Notes: generated by a model not told the origin, from the letters alone. 64,000 bases of DNA from Azolla caroliniana (GCA_043228905.1 JBHGNT010000006.1:4216001-4280000); one strand, 5' to 3'. Shown: positions 48,346 to 63,560, counted from the first letter of the stretch. Numbers and translations are program-made.

Positions 48346-51300
48346 ATGGATCTTTCATTCTTCAATACCATGGGCTCGAAGACTTACAACTACAATCAAC
48401 TAACCACTATGAGTTTACCAATAAACCCCCATACTACTCCCATTCGAACATCGAATTACCATTCTAGTAAGAGATCATCGCACGTAAATAGGGTAGTTAA
48501 GGGAGGTATTAAGAGCAAATTAGAGAGTGATCATAAGACGATGAAACCCGTAACCATAGATAAATCTAATCAAGCAATTGCGATGAACGGAAAGGCCTCC
48601 ATTTGGAGCGATCACCAAATGACTAAAGGGCCGAATAATAACTTGGAGATTCAATTGCTAAAAGGGAAGGATCAAAGCCTCCTACTAGACCTAAAAAAGA
48701 CAAGTAGAAAGGACTCATTAGAAGGTACAAGCCAAGGTGACAATGATGTTATTATTGATCCACTCACAAGTAAGGTACATGTGAATGGAAGGTCGAGTTT
48801 AAGCTCCAATGCCAATTATATGAGTAACAATAACTCTGTTAGCATTAAGGATGGTCATGTATCGTCGGCATGTTTGTGCTTGGCCCAAGAGCTTCTTCCT
48901 AACCTTCTTCACCAACAGTCTGATCTTAATGAATACATGGCTAGCTTGCAAGGCTTTGATTCTTTGGAGTCTCTCTCAAGCCACCAACAAGAGCAATCTT
49001 CTAGTTGTGGCATTGTCCCTTTCCTCAAAGATAAGAGCATCTTCATCACTGGAGCTACTGGCTTCCTTGCCAAAGGTATAAGTATAGTCTCTCTTTCTCT
49101 TTATCTTTATCCACCTACCTTTCTATGTACCAATAGAACAGTTTTCTCCTCACATGTGTACACATCTCTCAAATTACATCCTAAGATAATCCCTCTTAAT
49201 GTCATCATGAAAATGTAGTTTTGTTACGAATTCCCTTTTTCATGAACTAGGGACGTCATTAATGCTTTAAAGTTCCATGTTTGATTTTCAATGGTTAGTA
49301 AATGTATTTGGTTGGAATTCATAACATTAGGGGCCTCCCAATAACTACTTTAAGCCAATAAACCTAACTTATAATTTCTAACATTGAAGGCCATATCCAA
49401 ACCCTACTGCAAATTGTATTTCTCATAAGAAAGATAATTATACTCCAACTTGTGACAAATATGTACGTCTTGAACCTTCTATATCTTGAGGTCATTTACA
49501 TTTTAGTCCACTTACTCGTGCTTTTGTAAGGGTCATCAGTTTCAATAGTTTATGGTTTCGAAAAATTTGGAGATGAAATAAAGAACCTGTGTTATTCCAA
49601 ATAGACTTAATTTTTAGAATACATGTAGTAAACATGATCCAACAAGTTACATTCATCCACATTTGTAAATTAACATGATATAGCATCACATTTTGTGTGA
49701 TATCTCCTTGGTAGATGATCAATTAGTATGTATTAGAAAAAAAAAGAGTATAGTTTAGTAGAGTGTACATTTGGTGTGTGCTTTCCCTTTGTCTTACATT
49801 ATGAAATCTTAGATTTTATCAGACTTCTTTTATGTTTAAGTGTTAAAACTATGCAACATAGAAAATGATATAAATCACATGTTTTGGGCACTAGAACCTC
49901 AATAATATATTGCATCTTTAGACATGACAACCAATTAGTGCCCAAAATCTTGACAAATAATAATCCATCCATTTGGAATCTCTTCTTAAGGTGCATGAAT
50001 TTGCAAGATCAAACTACTTGTTCATCCATCCTTATTGCAAATGGAATTAGTGTCAACGAGTGATCATATAGAAAATGTAATCTAGAGTTGTCACCTTACA
50101 TGAGGATTATGAGATAATTTCTTAAATTGGGGAATCACTAGACTCTCAAATATTATACATGTCAAACAAATAACATAAACTTTGTTTGTATTGTTGTCAA
50201 ATATGACATGTTGAACGTTGTGTGTCCTTTGTTATTATTCACAATAAATCAATATTTGACTTTCTTAATGTGATGTTGATGCACTGTCAAATTGTTGTGA
50301 TCATGATGTAGTCCTAGTAGAGAAGATATTGCGAGTCCAACCAAATATAAAGCACCTTTACTTATTGATCAAAGCAAAGGATTCACGGGGTGCCAAAAGG
50401 AGATTGAAGGAGGAGATATTGGGGAGTAACTTATTCAAGTTCTTGCAATGTCGTCATGGTGAAAAATATGACGAGTTTATGGAGGAAAAGGTAAGTGCAG
50501 TGGTCGGTGACATTAGTAAGGAAAGGTTGGGCATGGACCCATCAACATTTACCTCCCTTGCTACCAAACTTGATATAATTGTCAACTCGGCGGCCACAAC
50601 CACTTTTGATGAGAGGTGAGATGGACTTGTAATTTTTCTTTTTCTTTTTCCTCCATGTAATGCCTTACATTAGTGAAATTGCCTCTTCAATTTCAAACAT
50701 TAAGTCGTAGCTTTAACGGTTTTCAATTTCATCCATGAGACATACATGTTTCAAAAAATAAATTTCACATTGTTAATATTGTTGGCTTGTCAACATAGTA
50801 TATGGCCACATGTGAATGGAATAGTTTGCTAAAATAAGAATTGTATATAGGTACGACCATGCACTAAATCTAAACACCAGGGGGCCTCAAAGAATCATGG
50901 AATTTGCTAAAAGTTGCCAACATTTACAACTTGTAATGCATGTATCCACAGGTGAAATATCGCATCACTTGTATCCTTCAATTCAAAAATTACTTACAAT
51001 GCATGCATATATGTTGTAAATTGATCACCTAATGTTTATCGTTTTGTAGCCTTTGTGAATGGAAAACGTAAAGGTCTTCTACATGAGAAAACATTTAGGT
51101 GTGGATATAGCATCGCCAATGAGACCCTTGAAAAAGAAGAAAACATACATCCTGACATTGATGTGGATTTGGAAACCAAACTTATCAAGGAAAAATTGGA
51201 CTATTTGAAAGAGGTCGGATCTACACTAGAAAACCTACCTTCATGTATATCATTAGGGGAGCATCAGAAAGAAAAGATCCTTACGTTAGCCATGAAGGAG

Positions 51301-54259
51301 TTGGGCATGGAGAGGTAACATGTTCAATATAACTCAAAACCTAAATATTTGATTACCATTGTTGAGTTAATATTAATTTGAACATTGCATACTTCATTCA
51401 TTATAAGTCTTTTAGACATAGTATACATGGAGGAGGAGAAAGCAACAATTATTATAATTCTTGAGTTAACATTGATTTTTAAATATCACATGGATACTTC
51501 ATTTTCCATAAGTATTTGCACACACTACAAATGGAAGGGAAGAATGAGACAATGTTCACATTTGATGTTAGGGCAAATAATTTTGGATGGCAAGATACTT
51601 ATGTCTTTACGAAGGCAATGGGGGAGATGGTTATAGATAGTATGAGAGGTCATCTACCCACGGCAATTATTAGACCAAGTGTCGTGGAGAGCTCATTTAG
51701 AGAGCCATTTCCAGGGTGGATGGAAGGCAACAGGTATTGTGATCCATACCAATGATACTCTATAGATTCAATAGCTCTATTATCATAATGACTTTGTTCT
51801 ATTCTAGCTTATGAGATTTTTAATTACATTCAGGATGATGGATCCCATTATAATATCATATGGAAAAGGTCAACTACCTGGATTCCTCGTGGATCCAAAG
51901 AGTGTTCTCGATGTGGTAAGTATCTTCTCAATCCCTTTATTTATTATTGTAACATAAGTCATCTCGACGTGTCTATGGACATCAAATTTTGGCGAAATAA
52001 CATTCATTTATTGTGCTTGACTATTACACCTTTTGCATTTTTATATACAATAAAACAATTATGGTATTTCATGAAAATATACCTTAATATTGTATTGCCA
52101 TTTTTATCAGTTTTCATTCCTTCCAAAATTCTAAGGTGACATACTTACTAGCAAAAGTTTTTAGTGATTAAGTTGTATTCTATATTGAATGCTTGATGCA
52201 TATACAACACTACAAAAGGAGAGAAAATGTTTCATGCATTTGAATGATTTTGAAAGAGGAAATTAAGTTAATCGATTTACATCAACTAATAAATTTTGAC
52301 CATGATTTCCAATCAATGCTAGTTCTCATCATCTCAATATAAATAATAATAAAGAAAAAAAATCATATCATGCTAGTATAATATTGCTTGGAGGGTAATG
52401 CTTGCGATCATTTTTTCATCAGAAAAAAGGATGTTAAACTTTCATACATAAAGCATTTCCCCAAAGACCATAACAACCAAAATGTAGAATAACCATTAAC
52501 AAGCTCAATAATTAAGTAAAGACAAGAATGATGTTTGCGCATTCACATTAATTTGAGATGATTAGGATGTTTGTACCTAATGGTTTTTTTATATTTAAAC
52601 AATAGTTGAAGTGATTGGATATGCCTCTTCTTGGAACAACTTGGTCGGACACCATATCATTACCAATCAAACCCCAAAATTACGTGCTAAATTAAATTAT
52701 ATAGTTAAAGTAAAATTGAGATTCGAAGTATCTTTTCACACTAGTATCTACGACACCTTTTCCAATGTTTACCCAATCCCAATATGTTCATATTAATGCA
52801 TGACCTCACATGTTAATATATACATAAATATATGCATCATAAAGTTCATCAATGAGCACAAAGAAGTATGAATCTTATGTAGGGCATGTGGTGTGTGTGG
52901 GGAGGTGGATGTCTACAAGAAGTTTTATAATTTGGATCAATATGTTGTAGGTGCCTGTAGATATGGTGGCGAATGCAATGCTTGCCGCCATGGTAGAACA
53001 TGCTTGCAAACCAGGATTAGAAGTTTACCAAGTTGCATCCTCAGTGGTGAATCCTCTCGTCTTCGCCAACCTTGCAAGGTTATCAGAAGAGCATTTTAAA
53101 GAGGATCCATTTTTAGATAACATGGGGAAACCTATTGAAACATTCAAGCTTCAATTATACGAAGATATGGATAGCTTTATGGAGGCATTATCACAACTCG
53201 ATTTAGAATTCAAGGTATTTTCACAAATGATCATTACTTCAAAGATCATCCCGCATATTATTTTACATATATGTATTTAATAGCTTCTCATGTATACTCT
53301 CGTATCATAATGACTTAGTCTTGTATGCTTGGATTTATAGTTTACCATCCTAACCATCTATACATTTGTGGAGGCTTTCTACTCTTGTTCTAGTCTCTTG
53401 TAATAAAACTTCACAATTTTCGTGCCTTTGCATCTAGGAAAAATTTCAGTCGGCCGCTTGCAATCCAAAGTTCTTCAAACGATACCAACAATTAGCTCTC
53501 AAAGTAAAAGAGCAAGCAACATATCTTGCTAACCTTTATCATCCTTACACATTTTATGCAGGAAGGTATGTTTCTTTTACAATTGAATAACAAAATGAAT
53601 AGTTTCATATGAGACCATGACCTTCCGATTCGTATTAGTTTCTTCTATCATGGAAGTTCGGTGTTTGAAGTTTAGTTAGGTTCAAATTAAAAGATATTGT
53701 GTGCATGCAATTTTACTCATATTCAATGTCAATATCCAAATTGCAATGTTGCATATATGCATTACATCATACACACACATGCATGCATTTCTCTATCTCT
53801 CTCTCCCCCGAGTCCCAATATGTGATTCGTATCCATCTTCTTCTTTTTATCTCCTCTTCTTGAGACACATTCTTTACAATTGCACGTGCTCATTGTTTGG
53901 ATATGCATGAACATTTCATTTAGGTTTCTCTTATCTAATGTATCTGTGAATGTTTGGCGTTGAATCACTTGTAACTTGCTTAACATGACTAAATAGAGAA
54001 TAAATGGGTCATCCTTCGAATATTAGTTGCTAGTTGTTACTCCATCTTTATAGCCCATTAAGGTATGTCTCTTACGAATCCCCAATTTTATAGATTTGAT
54101 ACTTCGAAGACACAACGACTCTTCGCAAATCTGTCAACTAAAGAAAAGCAATTATTTGGCTTCAACGTGAATGACATTGACTGGGAGACATACATAAAAA
54201 GGATACATATTCCTGGCTTAAGGAAGCATGTATTAAAAGGTCGTGGTTCAAATATGTGA
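48346..54259 (+). CDS. FAR: Fatty acyl-CoA/ACP reductase (FAR, MALE STERILITY2-like), 733 aa. Exons 48346-49075, 50312-50615, 50851-50951, 51050-51314, 51572-51733, 51834-51915, 52951-53214, 53438-53565, 54094-54259
   Basis: [44 protein letters not shown] (YxxxK), [10 protein letters not shown] and [11 protein letters not shown]. All introns are GT-AG. Exons sum to 2202 nt in frame. Confidence 0.96.
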
Positions 54260-56123
54260 ATACACTCAAGGAAGTATGCCATTTTTTCTTTCTACATGTT
54301 CATTATGTTTATCAACTTGATATTAATTCTTATTCAAACTATCTTTTCCTTGGATTTTACTCAAATCACACTTGTATACAACATCAATATATCTTTATTC
54401 GTTAATAAAATTCATTGTTGTGCAAAACTTCTAGCATCAAACAAATTTGTCCATGCCAAAGTTGATCAAAACCAAAGGGTTTCATGATTTTTACATTCAC
54501 CAAAAAGAGACATGATTTACCAAGAATAAAAGGATTAGCCCCATTTTGATGAGGTTGAATTCCCATGGCTATCAAAACCCCTTAATGATATAGTATTTAG
54601 CATATAACTAATTCATTTTACAACTACAATATATATGTACCATCTTGGCCAAAGTTTATGAATGTTTTAAATTCTAGGGTTACATGGAAGTGGTTCATCC
54701 AATGTAATTGAGTCAACACTAGACAATAAGCAACTAATCTTACCATATTCAATAGCAAAGATAATATTGACCTAGCAATCTACTCAATGCTACAAACAAA
54801 GAAACTTAACCAATGGTAGCATAGAACTATTTTTTAACAAGATAATATCGGCTGCTTAAACCCTACAATGGTGCAAAAAAGAAAACTTTGCATCCCAAAA
54901 TATATTTCAATAAAAAAGAACATAACTAGTTGCATGTTGAGTAAAGCCCAAAGAACAACAATTAAACAATCATAACCCAACAAAAATTAATATGTTTGCT
55001 TGAGTTCCTATTGTATGTCAACTTGTTTAAAAAACATGCAATGTTGATTTTGTTTCCAGTCCTTCAATGCAATCTAAACATTAGGAGTGATATAAAAAGA
55101 TTTACATACTCATGTGCACCTATGTGAGCATATATGAATACAATCTCGTGGCTTTGAAGTGAGTATTTGTGTTCATCGTTCAATGGAAGAAGGTTAGGAT
55201 GAATCATACTCAAAGGGGTTTCGCTAGACAGTGATTACATATAGAAGAGCAATACCATTCTTTTTTGTTTTCCACTCCACTTCTTTGAGCTCTGTTATTG
55301 GCCTATCATGGCTACGGTCTTTATAATGTTGTCAGACTAATCATTTCGTCATGTATGTAGAATTTCTACTAATGAAGAATTTTTTTTTTGAAAAAAAAAG
55401 GGTGAGTTTTAAACTTGACACTTTTGTTAAGGTTCCATATTTACATCACATTGAAATCTCTAATGGATAGCATATCTACCACATCAACTTTCCATACCAC
55501 TCGATCCATTCACAATGGTCTACAAGGAGTTAGTAGGCACTTCATCACTCCTAAATCGGAAAATGTGGCTGTCAAGGTATGGTTCCCACATGTATAGTGG
55601 AGAATACATTATATTGGATTGTTGGGAGAATAAAATATGTCATTATTCCTTTTCAATACATGTAAGTTATGAAGGTAGCCTAATGTGGTTATAATAACCT
55701 TTGTATAAGGCCAGTGTAATAATTTTGCTAGTTCTATGGAGTGAATTCCTCATAACATAGCATAATTAATGCTCTAGACTTGATGATTCCTTAAAAAATG
55801 ACAAAAAAACACAAAATATCTTGGTTTTTAATACATGTCAGCTTCAAGAAAACTATATTTGCAAGTTGCAACCATTAGCTATAATTTTATCATTTCATGT
55901 TTCAAATCTTCTATGTAAGAGTATAGATATGATCTTGAAATTAATGAGGTTGTAGTAGAAACTAAGTAGTTTACATTCAACACATGAGACACCATTGAAA
56001 ACGTCAATCTATGAATGGAACTTTTGTTTTCGCTTGTCATTTGCTTTGCTAAATGTGGATTAAGATGAATGCTTTATGGGTGAGGCAACCACTTTCCTCT
56101 TCCGGTCTTCCACACCACAAACG

Positions 56124-56418
56124 CCTTTTGAATGAATAGAGCATTTGGCTATCCGTGATAATTTATTCTCTTTGTCCAAATTTTATTATTTTCATGCACC
56201 AAATTATCGATTAGATATCCAAGAAGGATGGTTCAAAGAGAACTCTTCTTGTGCAAAGATGTCAAATTTAGCACCTTTTCAATGAATAGAGCATTTGGTT
56301 ATCCGTGATAATTTATTCTTCTTGTCCCAATTTTATTATTTTCATGCACTAAATGATCGATTAGATATCAAAGAAGGATGGTTGAGAGAGAACTCTTCCT
56401 ATGCAAAGATGTCAAATT
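56124..56418. repeat. Two-copy 150-bp tandem duplication
   Basis: AATGAATAGAGCATTTGG..GATGTCAAATT at 56131 and 56281. Confidence 0.9.
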
Positions 56419-56753
56419 CGTCATTGATCGTGCTCTTTGTACCACCGTCATGAATTCGTCAACCAATAGTGTCAATTTGAGATCAAAGATAGAGTGGTTT
56501 CAATGAATCAACAAAATGGGTATTACCGTATACTCATTGATTGATGGAAATGGAGCTCAACCCTATATGAATATGAAAGCTTTCAAGTGGTTGCATTGGA
56601 GGTGACAACTTCTTTGAAGTTCTCTCATATGGTTATATTTTGGAATATTATTCATTAACAATAAAAGAAGGAAAACAATGATGTAACTTTTACTTTGCTC
56701 CAAGACCAAAAGCTGAGCAGTAATAGACAAAAATCTCTAGAGTTACTATCCAT

Positions 56754-57779
56754 CTATCTCAAAGGAATGTATCGTGACGAGTGGGTAGCACCAATGCCAG
56801 GTCTTCCATGTTTCACTGGCTTGTAACTAATGGAAAACTCAGCCAAGTAGTGCCCAATCATCTCAGGCTGAAATGAAGAAACAAATACATTGGTAAGAAA
56901 GACACTCACACCCCTCATTTCTTAAGAATTTAAGAAAAAAACTTTGGTTCATTAAAACAAGAAATACCACATCTTTGAACAACTGCTTAAAATTAAAACA
57001 TCCTACGATGGGAAATATTTCTAATATATAAAGGAAAAAAAAACAAAACTCATCAAGAAACTGAGCTGTTCTTGGCTTCCTTGTAAATTTTCATTAATTT
57101 ACCACATGCAAACAATTAATTTGATTCGATGAATTTCCAGTTGCTAATGCTTTAGGGAAGGAAACTATTTTTCTGGTAAAAATATTAAGGTGAGAAACTC
57201 TAATAATTACTTTACTACCTCAAATACCCATACATTTTCATTATTTCCTCGAATGTGCATACATTTCAAAATTTACCTAAATGCCATACTAAATTGAAAC
57301 ATAGCATTTTGCTGAGAAATCTTTGCTAAGAACAATTTTTCCAAACAAATGCTTTAGGTAACTCTAAATTGCTTGTTTATTTCCTCAAACTCCTGAGGGA
57401 CTTCCATATTTTTCATTTGTCAACCCCAGGAGATTCAGCACCACCTTTAGTGTTTCAAATATCGTTTGCCATTTAACATCACCATATTCGTAATTCACCT
57501 CTCTTTTCTTGTTTGCCCTAGTAAAAACTGAACTGAAGAGGAACAGTAACCTTAATCTGTCAGTTTTCTGGATCTAATTCATCATTAATTTTTGTCATTT
57601 CTCAAACACGACCATCACCATCACCATCACTACAATTTGAGAAATTAAGATCCCATACGTGCTATTTGAGTACTTTGTGAGTACAATTTTGAGCAACATT
57701 TCTATTTCTCCAGTAAATTAGTGTACAAGAGCATTGCATTAGAAGTAAGAGAGATATACATACACATACATATACATAC

Positions 57780-57846
<67 letters not shown>

Positions 57847-57869
57847 TGTACAAGAGCATTGCATTAGAA

Positions 57870-57921
<52 letters not shown>

Positions 57922-59461
57922 GCCTACATCAATAATCACCTAAATGCCTGCCTCTTAATCGTCCTTCCCTATTAGTTGTCAATTGTTTCTAGCGTATTTC
58001 ACATTGTCCATATTCTTACCTTCCAAATATCCCATGACTCAATTGTAACATCACAATTTCTGTCTGGTAAATATATGTTTCCTAAATTCTTACAATTTCT
58101 GATTCCTTCCTGCATGAATAGATTAATGAACAATTGTTCCATAATCCTGGATACCAGTCTTCGAAACAAAGAAGATGTACACAGTTACCTTGATTTCAAC
58201 TTGGTTGAAAGTCTTTCCATTGTATACACCAATGATGCTGCCAATCATCTCAGGAACAATAATCATGTTTCTCACGTGAGTTCGTACTGGTTCAGGTTTC
58301 TCTCCAGGAGGTGCCTCACGTTTCTATAATCATAAAAAGCCAGCAATTTAGGTGGGTTTCAGAAATCCAGAATCACAAACTAACATGGCGGATACATTGA
58401 TAAGAAAATCCAGGAATGCAACATTGAATGTATGATGCATTTCGTGGCCCTCTTACTAATCTTACCGAAACTGCTATAATGCTCGCACTGGTTGTAGAAA
58501 TCCATAAATCTCAAAGTTTAAGATAGTAAGGTTACAATCCAAGGACTAATTACTTACTGCTTTCCTGAGCTTCTTGATCAAAGCCATTGGCTTTCTCTTC
58601 AATCCTCTTTGAAACCTGCAAAAGAAAATCAAACATTGGAAACAACAAAAAGATAGTTTTGACGAAAAAAAGATGGACTTCCAAAGAAATGAGAGACTTT
58701 GACAAGAAAATAGTTTCTCTACAATTTATCAATAAATGAGATATAACAATAAATCATACATAATATACATCTTTACAAGAAATAGAAGACATTTTACAAG
58801 AAATGATATGCATATGTATATATAATTTCTCTACACTATAAGCATTGACACTGAAAATAATTTCATGTGATGTAGATTTCGGTAAACATGATCGGCAGCA
58901 TCAGAGAATCATTATTCACTGGACACTCGTCAATGATGGAACAAATGCGGGTAGATCACACAGCACTGTACACAAGACTAGAGAGCCACTGAATCTACAT
59001 TAGAGAAAAAATAAAATAAAATATTTTCTCCAAAATTCTATTACCACTATATATAGCAATGCTTAAAAGAAAAAATGAACGTTCGCAATTAGAGGAAACA
59101 AGAGGCAAAGATAAGGAAGATATAAACGAACCTCCGACGAGCACGAGCATGGAAAAGCTTGACGAGCTCTTCGGAGCTCATATCAAGCAATGCATCAAGA
59201 TCAACCCCACGGAAAGAGAACTTCTTGAACGTCCTCTTCTTCGGCTGGACTCCTGGAGCTGCTGTTTCATCGATATCTGCCTGCAAAAAGGGGGGAAATC
59301 ATAAAAGAGAATAGTAAGAAGAAGTAACGGAAGCTTTGAAATGTGGGATCATAGGAAGCGAGAGGAAACCGAAGGAAATGAAACAGCGAATTGTGATCAA
59401 ACAGGAAATAGAGGAAATTCAAATGGAGAATCAGTAGAGAGAAAGAGAGAGAGATCACCAT
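56754..59461 (-). CDS. RPS15: 40S ribosomal protein S15 (uS19), 152 aa. Exons 59459-59461, 59132-59280, 58558-58615, 58189-58323, 56754-56867
   Basis: [71 protein letters not shown]-only first coding exon. GT-AG introns. 459 nt in total. Confidence 0.97.
57718..57917. repeat. Duplicated ~30-bp segment with (TACA)n/(TA)n microsatellites in RPS15 intron 4
   Basis: TTAGTGTACAAGAGCATTGCATTAGAAGTA occurs twice, each copy followed by a TA run. Confidence 0.9.
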
Positions 59462-60096
59462 AGCTACTCCGGAAGAAGGAGAGTTGATTGATTCACAGTG
59501 ATGGCGTGTTTTGAGGGATCGGATGTCTGTTGTCTATGGCCTTTTTCTATGTGAGCACTGAGCAAATAATAACAAAAGAAAGAGAAAGAAGAACAATAAT
59601 AATATAGGAAGTTCCATGATTCATCGTAGAGATGAGGAGACGTGTGTTCCTTCGTGTTGTTCATTCGTGACACACTTGGAGTTGTTGTACCACGATGTAG
59701 TGAGCCTTCGGAATATAGAATAGGGTGGAAATCGGCATTAGAGTACCACGATTCCTCGAAATACATACTCTTTTTGTTTTTTTTTACGTAACATATTTAA
59801 GTGGGGGTTACACGAGGAGGATGTCCATGATCACCTACATTCTTTGGTTTATGCATTCGTGAATTAATTTAAACGAGCGCTGAATAGGGTTGGTTTGCAA
59901 GCGAAGATGAATCAAGATGCTCCAAAACTTATGCGCCCAAGTTATCTTATTGCTTTTATATGTACATATATGAATGAAGTTGATGGTACGCAACGTTTAC
60001 TTGGAATGTGTAGAAGCCTTTTGCTAAAGTAGTGGACTACCTGTAAATGTGGATAACATAAAAATGATGGTAGTGTGAACCATCCAATCTACCCGA

Positions 60097-60521
60097 TAAC
60101 AATCGGCAACAGTGTGAAACCGCGGCTTAACGGTTTCAACGGTTCTGTTCGGTTCGGTTCAGGTTTAGGTGTTTTAAAACAGTTCGGTTCGGTTTTAACA
60201 GCCAGAAACCACGGTTTAAATAGTTTTTTATTTTTTATTATTTTTTTAAAAAAAATTTAAAATTTGTTTTTAAACAATCTTTTCATTTTTAGACCTTATT
60301 ATCACATTTTAGGAACATCTTAAAAAAATTTTAAAAATTAAAATTTTGACCTATGCTGAAAACCGAAACCAAACCACGAAATTGCGGTTTTTACGGTTTA
60401 ATGGTTTAACGGTTTGAAAATTGTTTAACGGTTTCGTGGTTCAGTTCGGTTCAAGTTTAAAAAAAATTTAACGGTTCGGTTTGGACCCTCTGAAACCGAA
60501 CCAAACCGTTGCTAATTGTTA
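60097..60521. mobile_element. Older hAT-type MITE upstream of RPS15
   Basis: TIRs TAACAATCGGCAAC / GTTGCTAATTGTTA. 8-bp TSD CTACCCGA/CTACTCGA. CGGTT/AACCG subterminal repeats. Confidence 0.8.
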
Positions 60522-60699
60522 CTACTCGATACCCTATGCTTACATATAAGGGAGACACATGTACAATTTGTGTGAAGCTTTAATTATCTTGGTATCGATG
60601 TACCCCCCCCCCCCCCCCACACACACACACACACAAATAAATCGACCCGATGCTTTGATTCTAGACTTCACGTTGGTCGGAAAGTTATTATATGTTGGA

Positions 60700-61400
60700 A
60701 AATTGATGCAACCATAGTGATATTCATGGATGGGAAGTGAAACTAATGTTAGATGGTAACTCAAGTTTTGCTTTATGGAGTAGAAGTATGGTGAGCCATT
60801 GTCCCTCTTGAGTACATGGAATGAGATTGAGAATATCCTAAAGGTGTTTTTAAGGAGACAATTCGGAGTTAAATCCACCACCTCTTATCAGGTTATTCTC
60901 TTGAAAATTGGTGTTCAATCTATTGGGATATAGGCGCCAAAAGAGTATATAAATACATTACAAAAGTCAAGAATAAGCGAGATCACACATTACCACACCT
61001 TGCTTAGAATCTTGATTGTAAGCTACAAAGGAATCACAAGAACAAAATTCTCTCATGTGGTTGGCAATCAACATAAAAAAATGATTCTAAAGATGGGGTG
61101 TGGAAGATCTCTTAGAGCGTTCAAGTGATGCTATGAAATATGTAGTCATCGAGGAAAGGTTAATGGAACCACTAAGGAAGAAGTGGGAAGATGCTAAAAG
61201 GACGAAATTAGAATATTAGCCCTAACACTCATTCGCACTGAACCGCACATTCTATGTATTGAAGTTGCATTATGGCATCCAAATATAAAGGCATGTAAAG
61301 TATGCAAGGAAGGGCTACTAGAGGAAGACTATCACTCGCTTTTTACATGCTTTATATATAGTGCAATTTGTGAAAGCTATGATGAAATATCTAACATATC
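60700..61400 (+). mobile_element. Decayed non-LTR retrotransposon (LINE) 3' remnant
   Basis: YGVEVW..WNEIENILKVFLRRQFGVKSTTSY, and the C-terminal IRTEPHILCIE..CKVC..EEDYHSLFTC..Y zinc-knuckle pattern. Confidence 0.7.
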
Positions 61401-62344
61401 ATCCCCAAGTTACTAGTTAGTCTAATTAGGTCTATGCTCACAAGTGTCGTTACTTGAGAGAGGGGCTCCAAAATTACAAGATATTACTTATATTTACCTC
61501 TCAACTTGATGAAATGCATGACGATTATGAGTCTAAACAATCTCAAATAATAATCCAAATTCAACAACTATCAAAGCAATTCATGGTCATGAGATATTCT
61601 CAACTGTGTTCTCAAAATGTATTCATGAGATATGGGGAAGCTTCTAGTGAGATATCATTCAATCTTGGTGATCCTCACACTTTATTGATCTTGGCTTCGA
61701 GTCCTAGCACAAGCTACACAATATTCATATTGATTGGTAGTTCAAATGTTTTCTATTTCTGAAAATTATACCTTTGGTCTTTGGTCTTGCTCTAGTTTCA
61801 ACTACCCTTGGTTTTACAATGCTTTTGATTCCCACTACATCATGCCTATTTCAACTAATGTTGTCGATTATTTTCGTGTGCTTGTTTGTATCCTTGTTCC
61901 TACCCATGATTCCAAATTTGTTCATATCCTTAATCCCATTCACAACCTCTTTGTGGATTTATTTAGTTTCAACTATAAATTTATGACTATTATGTGGTCT
62001 ACCATCCTCGATGTATTAAAGCTATAAGACAACTTGCACAAGAATATCCTTTGAGCTCATCCTTTGATTATGCTTTATGTACTATTTTTGTGAGTTTATT
62101 TCTATTATAGACAAAATTGTTGGCCTAAGTTCATAATAAAGCTAAAGATTTTAGGAAAATGGTGAAATTGATTGAAAGAATTTAGTTCTTTTATATGAAT
62201 ATGTTGCTTATTTTGACAAAAAATAAAGTATTATCTACTTAGGAAATGCACATGCATTGTTTATGAAGGTGTCTTTAATTACACCTTGTCTCTTCTCTCT
62301 CTTAGAATTTAGTCTCGTCTTGGTTCCACTCTACTCTACTCGCC

Positions 62345-63560
62345 CGTGACAGTTTGTTCACCTTCCTCTTTCTTGCTACCATGTCCGACTCCATTGACAA
62401 CTTAAACCAAGTAATGGCAGCCTTGCAACAACTTCAACTAAAAAATGAAATTCTTCAAGAATCATTACAAGAGCTTCAAACCGGCACATCCAAAAACCCA
62501 CCACCCGCTGAGCCACACCCCCCAATGGCACCTAGCCCAACCACTTCCCCTTCCCCATCCATATGTCCTCGAACCTACCGTCAACCTACTGAACCAAATT
62601 CAATAGCACGAGGGTGCATGTTTGCAACTTCATCAATCAAATTTGGCTTATCATTCGCTTATAACCCCCAACATTATGCAAGCGATTTTTTCGGGTCGGC
62701 CTTGTCAGCACCCTTCTCTCCAGACCAACGCATGTGTGGTTTACACCATAGGCCGAGACCTCATCCCCGCTCTTAGAAAACTTCCCCACCTTCCTTGATG
62801 AGCTTGAAGCCACATTCGGAGAGATAGTCTACACTTCAAAGTTTCATCAGATTGCATGCAATGTCAATTGGGATGACCAAGCCTTATGCAACGATTTTCG
62901 TCAAGGCCTTTGAAATGATGTCAAAACTCTTCTCTTAAACTTTACAGAGCCCACATCGTTGTCTCAGGTAATCTCCCAAGCCGTTCAGTGTGATAATCAA
63001 CTTTTTGAGCTTTGTTAAGAGGAAAGTGGGAGTCGAGAGTTTCAATCTTCCTCCCGAAATGCACCAATTGCAAGGTCATACGTATCAGTTTCGCCAACCA
63101 TGCCAAATTTGCCATTCTCCAATGATACTCATACCTTGATGGAGGTTGACCCATACCCCTGTGGAGGTCAACCACACTCAGTTCCAACCATCAATTGATG
63201 CCCAACGATAACATCGATGTGACAATGGCCTCTGTCGCTCCCCGGCCATGCCATCTGCCACTGCCCGGTGTGGGGCCCTCAGCACCAATTGCACCATGAA
63301 CGTCTTGTGAGGGTTTCTTGACAACAGGAAAGCGACCAAGTCCAGCTATAGTAGGAGCCATGACGTTGGATGCTTTCTTTACTCAACTTCTCCATGCTCC
63401 TACAATTCAATTATGCCATCAAGAGGTTTTGCTTTGAAAGTAAGTCATTGTTTTGGGTCTACTTCAATACAATCCCATGCCTTGCTCGATTCATGTGCAT
63501 CTACTTGTTTTATCGATATCTTGTTTGTCCGAACACACAATATCCCCATTGTCCGTAAAT
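62345..63560 (+). mobile_element. Decayed chromovirus gag-protease remnant related to 35076-40730
   Basis: GTGACA/GTTTG junction, coiled-coil gag start, WDDQAL..L.NDVK.LLL pieces and protease HALLDSCAS. Confidence 0.8.

Noticed and set aside
57662-57939. IY-repeat ORFs
   Set aside because: (TA)n microsatellite within an RPS15 intron.
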